Assembly: GCA_040954595.2 (NCBI GenBank)
Contig: CM082596.2
Span: forward strand, 9,568,461 to 9,632,460
DNA from: Balanoglossus misakiensis
Lineage: Eukaryota; Animalia; Hemichordata
DNA length: 64,000 bases
Direction: 5' to 3'
This document shows, in pieces, positions 39,050-51,212 of this stretch; the first letter of the stretch is position 1, and each line of letters starts with the position of its first letter. The position numbers and the translations under genes are program-made. Under the pieces are notes generated by a model. That model did no database searches, had not been told where the DNA came from, and saw only the letters and a list, made by a program, of their open reading frames with translations.

Positions 39050-39684
39050 AAGACTTTCATTTTGTCTCTTCTTTTCACTCAATTTGCTGTTTTTTTCTCC
39101 TAATTTACGACACAGAGTATGGTTGCCGCCATCTTGTCTGTTGTATAGACAGAATTGTGTCATTGATAAAGTTTTTGTAACCAGAATCTCTGCTTTGGCA
39201 CATGCGCATTAGACGATCATAACCCTTTAACAAAAGTCAGCTTAGAATTTAAATCACATTGTTTTCAAAATGTCTGCATCTGATTACATGGTGAATTAAA
39301 GCTGAAAGCAGTGTTCACTGGGCCCAAGCGATTCCCAGGGTTTCTACAGAATGCCAAGGATTATCTGCTGTGGATACCAGAAATTTTGTCAAAAAGTTTT
39401 GATCCTAAACTGATTTATGTCCTACAAAATCCAAACTTCTAGATCTATTGGTAAGCCTAGAATTAGGCGTGTACATAATTAATTAGGTCAATGGGGGTCC
39501 TGAAATTAACCATCAAATAGTAGACACGACACGACTATACCCGAAATTACAGTTACTTTATGCCTCCCTAAATTTCAGTCTGATTGACAAATGTGAAGAA
39601 CGTTAAAGAGAGCTGTCTCCTGATACATTGCCGCTTTCTGTGAAGTGACTTTAAAAAGAAAACCATTTTGTTTGCATTCAACAG

Positions 39685-39969
39685 CAACAACAAAAACAAC
39701 AAGCTAGCGGTACACAACCAACCATTCCACCACCACCACCACAACAACAACAACCAGCAGCAACACAACAAACATGGCAACAACAACAGCAGTTCTTACA
39801 ACAACAGCAATCACAACAACAACAACAGCTGTTACTAGGACAACAGCCACGGCCGCGACCACAGGTACCTCAGATGGGCTTGGCACCCAGCATGCAACAA
39901 ACACAGCAACAATCAAGTAGTAGTCTGCTGGCTGATGACATGAGTCTTTTTGATATTCTGAATCAATAA
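39685..39969 (+). pseudogene. MED25: MED25 terminal exon (poly-Q/P, open to TAA)
   Basis: ttcaacag acceptor; QQQKQQASG...SSSLLADDMSLFDILNQ*. Confidence 0.75.
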
Positions 39970-40257
39970 ATTCATACAGGAAACTGACTATAATGAACAC
40001 GAGACTGTAGACTTTAATTAAACAGATCAAATAACACAGAATGGTTATTCCAGTGTAGTAACAGAATAGACTTGTTCTGTACTAATTCTTGCATTAGCTT
40101 TACTTTGTTTCCATCGTAATACCTTATTTCAATATGACCATATTTGTATGCGAGACAGATGTAACTGGTTGTCAGTGTCTATCGTAATACAAAGTCTGCC
40201 ATACACAAAGCAACTATGCATTGTCTTCTGGTGTGAAAAAAAGATACTTAGGATGTA

Positions 40258-40465
40258 CTGTAAAACAGGAAATTTTCACGAGCGATAAATTTGCATGAAT
40301 CATGCAAGAGCCAAAATAACCTGAAAACTAAAAAGTCGCAAAAAAAATGTTTTTCTGAAATAATGATGAATTGAAATTCGAGAATGCGAAAATTAATCAT
40401 TACATAACAGTCGCCACTTTTGATATTGCGAAAATTTCCTGTTGGGAAAATTTCATGTTTTACAG
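40258..40465. mobile_element. Tc1/mariner MITE (CTGTAAAAC family; relatives ~14783-14988, ~17230-17339, ~19010-19218, ~22185-22375, ~37570-38060)
   Basis: ta|CTGTAAAACA ... TGTTTTACAG|ta. Confidence 0.8.
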
Positions 40466-40483
40466 TATATACCCATTTTTTCT

Positions 40484-40803
40484 GCTTCCAAAACGAACAT
40501 TTAGAGTCATGCCACTGGCCCAATAAAACCTGATAGCCCTTGCTGGGAATTGTGATGTAACTAGCATCCCCCTCGAAGTCACGCACATAAACTGATCAAT
40601 GGTGATTGTGTGTAAAGATACAGTGAAGGCAAGTTTAATCTAAAGTCAAAATGGTACTCATCCTTAACAACACATGTATCCTTTGACCAATCAACGGAAA
40701 AAAAAGTCTGTGATTGACTTCAAAGTGATATTAATTACATCACAATTCCCAGCAAGGGGTATCGTGCTTTATTGGGGCAGTGGCATGCATAGTTTTTGGA
40801 AGC
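40484..40803. mobile_element. MITE with ~70-bp imperfect TIRs
   Basis: catgccactggcccaataaa..cccttgctgggaattgtgatgtaa vs ttacatcacaattcccagcaagggg..tttattggggcagtggcatg. Confidence 0.7.
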
Positions 40804-43800
40804 AAAGCTGACAAAATACAGCTATATACTAGACTAATATTTCATTAATGCCTGATCATTAAACTGAAGAACGTATCTCTAAAATTGCTCTCTATTTCTC
40901 CCTCAGGGAAAAGAGCAATAGACAAAACTTTGAGTGACAGATCTTCCAGTTGTGTACTTATCATTTGTATTACCCAATCACAGACTTTGTGTTATTGGTC
41001 ATTTATCTGTCCAATTTTAATACTCTTGTGTTCAGTGGAGCATTACACCAAAGAAGTCACACTATGACAGTGACAATAAAACACTTGCAAAAACATGGAT
41101 TGCTCAGGTCAGCCTATCTGGTTACAGATTACCTGTGAACCAACTAATCCAGCTATAATGAATGTGTTTCATTATATACAGAGAATTGTAGGTTGTTTGA
41201 GACGTGTTAATATCACACTCTAGCATGGGGCAATGTTCACACGTTTATATTTATCATGTGAAAGCCACAAAGTCACCAGCTCTTGATGTTCATTTTTTTT
41301 GGAATAATTTGTTATGATCTGATTGCTGAAAATTGAATTGAAGCTGAACCTACAGCATATGTGTGGACATAACATGTTTATACTTCCATGTAGTAATTTG
41401 TGTTACAGCCAAACAATTAAATAACACCATTATAACAAAATTAACGAAACTCACCCCAGGGCTATCACTAATTTGAAGGGATGCTGATCCAGAGTTAATG
41501 GTTCATTGGGGAGTCTAACAGTGTTTTGAAATGTCACATTGTAATTTGAAAGTTAGGCTTGGGTAGTGACAATGTTATTACATTGTTGTGTACAAAATTT
41601 GAATGGAGCTCTATGAAAAGAGAAAAGTGGTGTGTGGAAAAAATCTGTGCTAATATCAAGTGCCTTCATTCGACTCTCAAGGAAAGTTTGGTAAAACAAT
41701 GACCTTTTTGTGTGTCAGCATTATTGGGAAAGATTAAGCCCACACATGTATTCAATTTAGATAAAAATGGAAAATTACCATCAGCCTTTTTTCTTAGCAC
41801 TCTCACCTTTCACCCAATTCCCTGTGTAGACATCCAACTTTCCAGCAGGAAACAATGGATTTGGACCGAACCATTCGTTCACTTGAATATATATGTAATA
41901 TCTGTATGTATGTAACACCTGTATTCTTTGCAGTCATCATTTAATCATTTATTCATGAGAACACCTTTCTAGTAATGATAGAACTTACAGTCTATTTGAT
42001 GATCTCAATTATATGCAAACCACCAGGATGTTTCATTTGACTAATGAACTCAAGGTAATGCGCCACCATAGTGTAGATTGCTGATATAAAAGGACACCAT
42101 GCATATACTTAGTCAGTTCATCTCTGTATCCAGACCGGCCACATGTATGAACTGAAGATGTCTATGTTCAATTTCAGGTTAGTTTTCCTTGTACTTTACC
42201 TGTAGCTTGAAGCATTTTTATATAGGTGCATTCTACTGGCTCATTTTAGCACAAGTAATTGGTGTCTGAACTTGCGTCAAGTCTTCAATTGTACTTCTGT
42301 ATTTTTCACTTGCATGAATTTTTGTGTATTCTGCTGTAGGTGAACTCCCATACATGTGCGTAATTTAGCAGTTCACCTGTGTAGCCAGACCGGCCACACA
42401 TATGAACTGATGATGTCCCTGTTCAATTTCAGTTAAGAAATGTTATAGGCCTATGTCTTGTGAAACCTTTAAACCATGTTGGTGTGTTTTGTGGTGAACG
42501 GCGACACCCGTGACAAGTATGTTAGAATCAAACTATTAGATGCATGTGAAGAAATATAGTCTGTTATAAGGAAGTGACTGGAGTGAAGGAGACCTCGTAC
42601 GACGAAAAGTACTTTAATAGACTCGAAATGCACTCAAATTACAATCGAGATATAATGCATTTATATATGCTTAAAAAGGTAAATTAATGAATGGTGTCAA
42701 CAAAATAAACGTTCATGATACATTTAGATCATTTTCTCGTCCAGCTAGGGGGTTCAACGTCAAAAGGAAAGTTCACTATTCAAATGCAAATAAAGTCATT
42801 AAAGAGTCCTAATCTCTTCTATCCAGTGACCATAGTAGCCAAACAATTAAAATCACATGTTTTTAATATCAATATTCACATACATTGCTTTTTACTTTTC
42901 TTGAATTTCCTAACATTTTTTTATTTTAACAAAAACAAGAGCCTTTCATGACCACTTATTGACTTTCGAAAATATTCCATGTAATCAGCCATTCATTTTG
43001 TGTGTTTGTGAAGAATGACCCTCTGAGGCTGTTGAATCATGTATAGTGCTGAAGGGGAGGGGGGACACCATTCCTCAATTTTGTTGATTTTGCATAAGAT
43101 GCTAAGTTGGTATTTTCCACACATTGCTTTTTGTACTGAGAATTACTCAGTTCTTAAGAAGAGCTTTTGACTAACATTTCATTGTATTTACAAGACTGCC
43201 AGAGTATGTAAATATTATATGCAGCATTAGGAAGGAATATCTTTGATATTTTTATTCCAACAATTTTCCTATCATGATAAATAAGTAGACAGATATATCA
43301 TGTTAGGATTTTTGCATACTTAAAATAAATATTCTGATAAAATGAGTGCTTTTGTCTGTCTCTTTGATTTCAGGTGAGGATCAGTATTTGTTGTTGCTTT
43401 TCCTGCACAGATTCCAATCAGAAGGCAATTGTGATTACCAGTATGTTCTATCTGATTGAAGTGTGAGTTTTCTTAGGACCTGAATATCGCTCTAACAAAT
43501 GGTTTGCTTTCAGATGTGGAGTTAAGCGCTGGTGATAGTTTTGGCTATTCTGTTCTCTCACTTTGGCTGTTCTGTTCTCTGTTTTTGTCTGATCTCGGAC
43601 ACATTAGCTGAAAACTACTGGTCAGATTTCTTTGAAAATTGGTATGCATATATCTTCTGCCAACATCACAGAGCTCTATAAGTTTTGACCTTATATCGTG
43701 AATTTTCTACTTTTTATGACTTTTGTCATTTTTTCCACATCTTCTATGAAAGTGATTGGTCGATTTCTCTAAAAAAAAATTCAGTATAATTATAAAGCTT

Positions 43801-46800
43801 CCTATAGGTGATCTTTGTTTTTTTTTCAAATTGTTGCTAAGTTTGCGTATTTGTAATTATGGGCCAAATTTTGCAATTTTTGGTCAAAATTCGTTTTCTC
43901 GGAAATCGCTTGTCAGATTGCTTTGAAAATTGGTAGGCATGTTTTCAGGGTTAAGCAATTGTGAGTTGTGTTAAATTTTTGCTGAAATGTGCATATTTAT
44001 GTTCTTGAGGTAGGGCCTAACTGTTGCAATTTTTCGTCAGAAGTTTTTGTCCTTGAAACCACTTGTTAGATTGCTTTGAACTTCGGTAAGCATGTTCCTT
44101 ATACTGATTGATGTAAGATATTGTACAATTATGGTGATGTTTGAATATTTGAGTTTGGCAGTTTTGGGACAGTTTTTTGAAATTAGGTCATATCAGCTCG
44201 TGTGGTATTAGGTCAATAACAACAAATTAAGTCCAAACGTTGGCCACGCTTCCTACTTTAATATAGCACAAGTATGAAAAAACGACCAGTTTGTGTTACG
44301 TTACCTGCTTTCATTGAGAGCAGCGCCCGCAAGTGAGTTTTTTAAAAAATTTGATCAAATTCATGATGAATCGAATTGAATCGACGTTTATTCCAGCTGG
44401 GAGCACTTTATAGACTACAAAGTTGTTTTGTTAGATGGGTAAAATTTAAGACCACTCGACCAATGCAGAGCGAAGTTGTCAAAATCGACGAAACAAAGCG
44501 AGAAAATGGCAATTTGCGCTGTCGACATATTTCTTCTCCTGCCTCGAATTATCAATCCCATGGAACCCCCCCCCCCCCCCCCGGCGCGCCCGAAAAAAAT
44601 ATATATCAATCAGGGATCATCATAAAACTCGACTATGAATCGGACATGAAATCAAACTCGACGATGGAAAAGCAGCCGATTCCGAGATAAACGCATCCCG
44701 ATAGGATGAGAACTCCGCCATGTGACTCCATCTAATTTCTCTGCAAACATGGAGGGGTTGTACGTTGGTAATGTGTTTACAAAGCAAAGTTAAGACATAA
44801 GTCCGAACATGACCGTGGTCCGAAGCTTGGACACTCTTATCAAACAGAGCAGTACAGTGTGTGGAGACATCGCCCGTAAGACACACCACCGGCCCTGCCA
44901 CACTGAGCTGCAATATGCTCTTGGCTCGTAGCCGTCCCAGTCGGTAACAAGTCGTTACGGCACTTATTCTTATCGGTTCGGCCTTTAATGTACGCGACCC
45001 CGGCCGTTTCGTCCTAGGTGCAAACCGATTCTTCAATTTGCAGTTCAGTAAAGTTGGCGAACGGGATAGTCTGTTAACGGAAAACGCAGGCCTATACACA
45101 GTGCTGGCGAACGGGACAAAATGCCACAATAAAAGCGAGCGTGTTGTCAGATCAGTGGGACTATCATAACACGAATACATAACATGTGGAAGGGCTAGGC
45201 CTAATTTTCTCCTGAGAAAGTTCAATTCGTGTTCTGTCGATGTGAAATTGCGTTTATTTAATGCTTTTTGTAATAACATTTATGACTTTCATTTATGGTG
45301 CGATTATAATATCCGGAATATCATCGTATGTCACAAGAATGCACTTCGAAGACTTCTTGGTCACCCGGACACGAAAGTGCCTCTAAAATATTTGTTCTAA
45401 ACGCCGTAAACTGCTTCTCCGTCATGAGAAGAAAAGTCGCTTTTAATTTTTCTGTTCGTCTCTGTACTAGTCCCAATGTTTTGATCAATCGTCTTGTCTC
45501 ATGAGATATGCGCTTTTATGGACTACATACCCACTGGATTGACATTTTACATTGATTCTTAAAACTATTATATTTTTTACATTTATTTTATTTATTACTT
45601 TTCTAGTGTTTTTGTCAGTTTTTGTAACCTATTTCTATGGACGGTTGTGTCTGAAATAAAGATAAATAATAATCATAATAATAATAAAATAATAATTACG
45701 ATCCCGAGATTACGATAAGCATAGGGACATTATAACGAGCCAACGTGAAACTGACATGGAAACGATCGACAGTACGGTAGAGCACAGTGACTGCTGGTAG
45801 AGCGAGCGTGTTGCTGTGCGGGAGGCATTTACCATGTTTGTTTACAACACACACCGACATGACCTGTGGCCGCAGTTGCAGCCTCCTAAGCGACCTAACC
45901 CAAGCAATTTACGATCTCGGGTATCGTGGTCTGACTGACCAAAATGACACAAAAAGAGAAACACATTAGGAAGTATTATAGCTCTGTTTCCTCGAAGTCG
46001 AATAAGTGTTCACAACACAAGGCACATCAAACCCGTTGCTCAGACATCGGAAGTTTGCAGTTCGCTTGCCTGGTTTGAAATGCGTGGCTGTGGTAGAAAT
46101 TACCCACTGTGCCCCCCCCCCCCCCCCGATTTTATTGTGTAGACAATGAGGCACTCACACTCAAAAAGCAAATGAGATATTCTTTCGAATGCGAGCATGT
46201 TCCAGAGCGTTCTAAAGAAATAAAATATGCAGCTGTAGCATGTATGCATATTCATTAGTGTGTCGTAATGCTAACTTTGGTCTGTGATTGGGTAACACGT
46301 TCTACTCACCATAACAACAGGTGATCATTGATCCGTTTCCGGTGTGCGACGCCGGGTTTCGACCACTTTCCTTCTACTTGCCGCGGGATCAAGACGTCTT
46401 TTCGGTAGGCTCATAATCGAATCATTGCTTTTAGTACAATAGCCTATTTAGCTATGTTACCGTCACTCGATTGTTTTGTCTGGTATTGGGTGACTTGCAG
46501 CTATCCGTACAACACCTTGTAGTTGAACAGAAGTAGGTTTAATTCCAGAAACAATTCCGAGCTACGGGCGTGCAGCCAGCCTCTCGGCTATTCTGGGTAT
46601 GGCTGCGTTGGCTCCCGAATCAGGAGACCAGGAAGTCATAATCGAGAAAGTCTAGTCATATTTATAGGGTTATATTTTGTGAGAATTTTATTGCTAGGCC
46701 TCTTGCCTAAGCGCACGTAGGGCCAGTTTGTGAGATTGAAAAGGATGGCAGCGCTGCAGGATGTTTAGTGTCAAAATAGTCGACCATACTGTCGAACGGT

Positions 46801-49800
46801 TGTGGCAAAATGGCACGTCACTGTGGCGACATAAGGTATGGGTAGAACGTTTTTCTCTGGAAAGTCTCTTTGCTGGTGGACGGAACGATAGTTCCATACG
46901 TATAGTCTTTGTTTAGCGGAAGGTCAGGAAACCACGGTATTTTTCCATACATAATTCCATACGTTCTTTGAGGTTTTTATATGAGTCACCTCGGTGTTTG
47001 CAGGTGTTTTTTTTTTTAATTTTACGGTTTAAACGTGGTTGGTGTATTTTCGCTTTTCTGGTGAGATTTCCACCTCTCCGTTGGCATACTTAAAAAATTA
47101 TCCTAATTTTTATTGGGAAAACCGATAAAACCAAAACCACAACTAAAGAAAATGTCTTAAACATTTTAACTTAGGCATTGTAATTTGTTTGGTGATAACC
47201 CTTTTAGCTTTGAGAGATAACCGATTTGATGTTTTAGTATAAGCCAATTTTTTGACCAGGGCGACAAGGATTTTTTCTCCTAGAGTCGTGTTGCTTGGAA
47301 GCATACTTTTGTATGTGTGGTCCCAGTTGATGAAAACCTGGTTGATGAAAAATGTGCATATTTATAATTTTGTAGCAATTTTTGCCATTTTTGGTCAAAA
47401 ATTGTTTCGTCTAAAACCGCTTGTGAGATTGCTTTCAAATTTGGTAGGCTTGTTCCTTGGGGATAATCAAATGAGATGTTTAAAAAAAATACTTGAAATT
47501 TACATATTTGCGTTTTGTGTGTGAAAGTTGTGGAATTTTTCATCAAAAATTATTTTCTTTCAAACTGCATGTCAGATCGCCTTGAGCTTTGGTAGGCATG
47601 TTCCCTGAAGCGATTGAAGTAAGATATTATACAATTTTGGAGAAAATACTGATTTTTCTGAAACTGCATATGGGATTGCTTTGAAATTTGATAGGAATAT
47701 TCCAATGGGTAACCCAAGTTTTGTCTGATTGTGTTGATTACCCTATACTGAGACTCACTAAGTACACTATATGTTTATATTACTAGGGAGTTCAGAATCC
47801 AATATGGCCACCATTCAAAGTGGGACATGCTGTATAATCTGATTGATTTCTAAACTTGTCATATTTTAATTTCTCGGTCTTGCAAATAAAAATAAAATGC
47901 CAAAAACTGAGTAACTTTCGTTTCTTCCCGCTTGTTAACGTCATATGTTGGTGTTGTCCATTACAACGATTATCATCTAAGCGTCCCGAAACACTGATAA
48001 GAACTCCAATATAATTAGCCAGAGTAAACTGAGATTTTTATGCTGAAGTCGGCATATGGTCTTTTTCCTCCTACTGGGAAAGTGGCTAGAGTCAATCAGT
48101 GCATAATGGCAGCATTACATGGCACTGAATAAATGGCTGGGGTATTTACATCTCTGTATTTTTTCACTTAAACCATTATAAATCTCTAATAGTATATTAT
48201 AATATTGTGTATGCAACTTGGAGATGCGTTTTACTTCAGAGTTGGAAGTATTTTTTAGTAAAGTCTGGGAAGTGACATGTCTTCAAAGTGATTGATGTTA
48301 TCTGCTAAGAGCTGAATGCCCATGGGTGTTCTTTCCTAGATTTTACATTTTCTTAGCATTTCATAGACCTGTGTATAATTATAATTTCAGTTATATATTC
48401 TAATTTGAGTTTAGGAAGGGTATGCATGGAATTAAAGTAATTATTCTGTAATTACCCAACCAAATATGTTGTCTAACTAATGGATATTTTGATTGTCAAT
48501 TTGCACAGGCAACATTATTGAAGTAGCATTAAGAGTAGTTGATAATATAGCAGAGCTTCTAACTGGAAAGAAGAGCTTAGTAAATTTATCAGCTCATAAT
48601 ATTCCTTTTACCAATGAACTTTATATGAACTTGCACACCTGCGTTAAAGATACAGGGATTAATGTTCAGGAAACCTTACCAGCTCTAGTAAATTTATTTG
48701 AGCCAGAAATTGAATTACCAAAAAAAAATCAGTAATTTCATAAAGACACAGTCAGAAAAGAAACATAGAAAGCCAGCAAGGAAGGGAGAAAAGTGGAATA
48801 CATGAACGACACAGTTTGCTTAAAATACGTGTGTGTGCTGTAAAAACTGTATGGTGCAACGGCGTCAATTTTTATGATTTATAAGCAGCCAGTCTTTCCA
48901 TGCATATCATACCAAAATTTAATATGAAATTCTTGTTAATGTTAATAGTCTACAAGGATAGTACAGGTAACATGTTGAAATTAAACTATCAAACTTTCTC
49001 CACTTTTGATATCCGCTCGACACAGGCAAGCAAAAGGGCCAATCTGAGACTATGACTTGAATGATGGCAATTTTTGCTGTCCAGAAGTAACTGTATAGCA
49101 TTTATTTGGTAGTAATATCAGCTTTATGATTGCTAAAAATACATCAGAATTTAAATATTTCCACTTACTACAGTGATTGAACTGATTTTCAGCAAATTGC
49201 AGTGTATAAACAAATATTGCCATCTAATGAAATGTCAACCCAATTAAGGCCGCCTATTTGCAATGGTAAAATGCTAGGTTTACCATATTTGAGCGCCTGG
49301 GAATTTAAATTATAATCCAGATATCAAAAACTTAAGTCACTATCTGTATCTGCACATATATTGTAATATAATCTGAAAATTTCGTGAAAATTAGATCAAA
49401 CATGATCGAGACACAGAAGATCAGACATTGCAAATTTTCATATTTTACCATGGTGCCATGCAAAAAATAGAGAGATTTTTTTTACAAGTTTAGATGATCT
49501 CCTGTAAAACTGAAAGAAGTAATCTTCTGTGAATCTTGCATTTTTATGTTGGAACCATGCAAACCACTTTGGCCCCTGCAATGCAGCATGTTGCTTTAAT
49601 TGTCTTCTTCATGGTTGCCATATTGGATTTTTTGGAGATGCGTTTCACTTCAGAGTTTGAAGTTTTTTTTAGTAAAGTCTGGGAAGTGACATGTCTTCAA
49701 AGTGACTGATGTTATCTGCTAAGAGCTGAATGCCCATGGGTGTTCTTTCCTAGATTTTACATTTTCTTAGCATTTCATAGACCTGTTTATAATTATAATT

Positions 49801-50775
49801 TCAGTTATATATTCTAATTTGAGTTTAGGTAGAGTATGCATGGAATTAAAGTAATTATTCTGTAATTACCCAACCAAATATGTTGTCTAACTAATGGATA
49901 TTTTGATTGTCAATTTGCACAGGCAACATTATTGAAGTAGCATTGAGAGTAGTTGATAATATAGCAGAGCTTCTAACTGGAAAGAAGAGCTTAGTAAATT
50001 TATCAGCTCATAATATTCCTTTAACCAATGAACTTTATATGAACTTGCACACCTGCGTTAAAGATACAGGGATTAATGTTCAGGAAACCTTACCAGCTCT
50101 AGTACATTTATTTGAGCCAGAAGTTGAATTACCAAAAAAAATCAGTAATTTCATAAAGACACAGTCAGAAAAGAAATAGACAAAGCCAGCAAGGAAGGGA
50201 GAAAAGTGGAATACATGAAAGACACAGTGTGCTTAAAATACATGTGTGTGCAGTAAAAACTGTATGGTGCAACGGCGTCCATTTTCATGATTTATAGCCA
50301 GCCAGTCTTTCCATGCATATCATACCAAAATTTAATATGAAATTCTTGTTAATGTTAATAGTCTACAAGGATAGTACAGGTAACATGTAGAAATTAAACT
50401 ATCCAACTTTCTCCACTTTTGATATCCACTCGACACAGGCAAGCAAAAGGGCCGATCTGAGACTTTGACTTGAATGATGGCAATTTTTGCTGTTCAGAAG
50501 TAACTGTATAAAATGTTTTTGGTAGTAATATCAGCTTTATGATTGCTAAAATACACAAGACTTTAAATATTTCCACTTACTACAGTGATTGAACTGATTT
50601 TCAGCAAATTGCAGTGTATAAAAAAATATTGCCATCTAATGAAATGTCAACCCAATATGGCCGCCCATTTGCAATGGTAAAATGCTAGGTTTACCATATT
50701 TGAGCGCCTGGGAATTTAAATTATAATCCAGATATCAAAAACTTAAGTCACTATCTGTATCTGCACATATATTGT

Positions 50776-51212
50776 ATTATAATATACCTCATGCTAATAC
50801 TGTGCCGTGATTCGCCAGAATCCGTCACGTGATAGGAAAATAGAATCGACTATGAACCGTTAGGGAAATAGCAGAAAAAATATAAACTGGTCACATGACA
50901 AACGTGGTCACGTCAATCAGCGTCGCGTCTGACACAATGGCCACCGCTGAAGATGTCGTCTGCCAACCTCAAGAGAAAATTGCATGATTTTCCAAACTGT
51001 CAGCATGAGGTTTATTATAAAACACCTATAGCCTGGCCTATATTCGGGCCATAGCAGCCGTTTTTACCCCCACGTGGCTGTGAGTTACCAGAATCATACG
51101 CTATTTCCCTTGGCCTACAGCCTCGGGAAATAGAATGTGATTCTGGTAACTCACAACCCCTCCGGTGTAATAAACGGCCGCTATGGCCCTCATGGCCAGG
51201 CAATAGGTGTTC
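50776..51212 (+). mobile_element. Hairpin-terminated element family 2, full copy inserted in a tandem-array unit without TSD
   Basis: Sister units read attgtaatataatctg; here attgt[attataatatacc...ggtgttc]aatataatctg. Confidence 0.9.

Larger units (their letters stand above)
13286..39969 (+). pseudogene. MED25: MED25 (Mediator subunit 25) pseudogene, fragmentary and partly tandem-duplicated
   Basis: GT-AG bounded exons translate to LLSGAGEKYGMISEGLSTALQLFDDMK, CILICNSPPHPLPSQDSINYSGLTADQLTAMLGE and RGVHFSIISPRKLPELQKL...DPHHMILLKGYQL. These match the MED25 VWA domain as I recall it (human IAEGLSTALQLFDDF, CLLICNSPPYLLP, RGIHFSIVSPRKLPAL, DPRHMVLVRGL). The terminal exon ends ADDMSLFDILNQ* (cf. 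human MEDDILMDLI). Multiple frameshifts, stops and a lost acceptor. Confidence 0.9.

Noticed and set aside
39568-40030. Hydrophobic Val/Leu-rich minus-strand ORFs
   Set aside because: Antisense shadow of the CAA/CAG-rich MED25 terminal exon.
42126-42435. 55-bp direct repeat spaced 255 bp apart
   Set aside because: Only two diverged copies, no LTR or TSD hallmarks; likely a local duplication.
44620-45279. Longest ORF in the track (219 aa)
   Set aside because: Non-ATG start, no recognisable motif, expected by chance in GC-richer DNA.
45770-45810. tRNA-Cys-like ggtagagcacagtgactgc
   Set aside because: No B box/T arm or acceptor stem.
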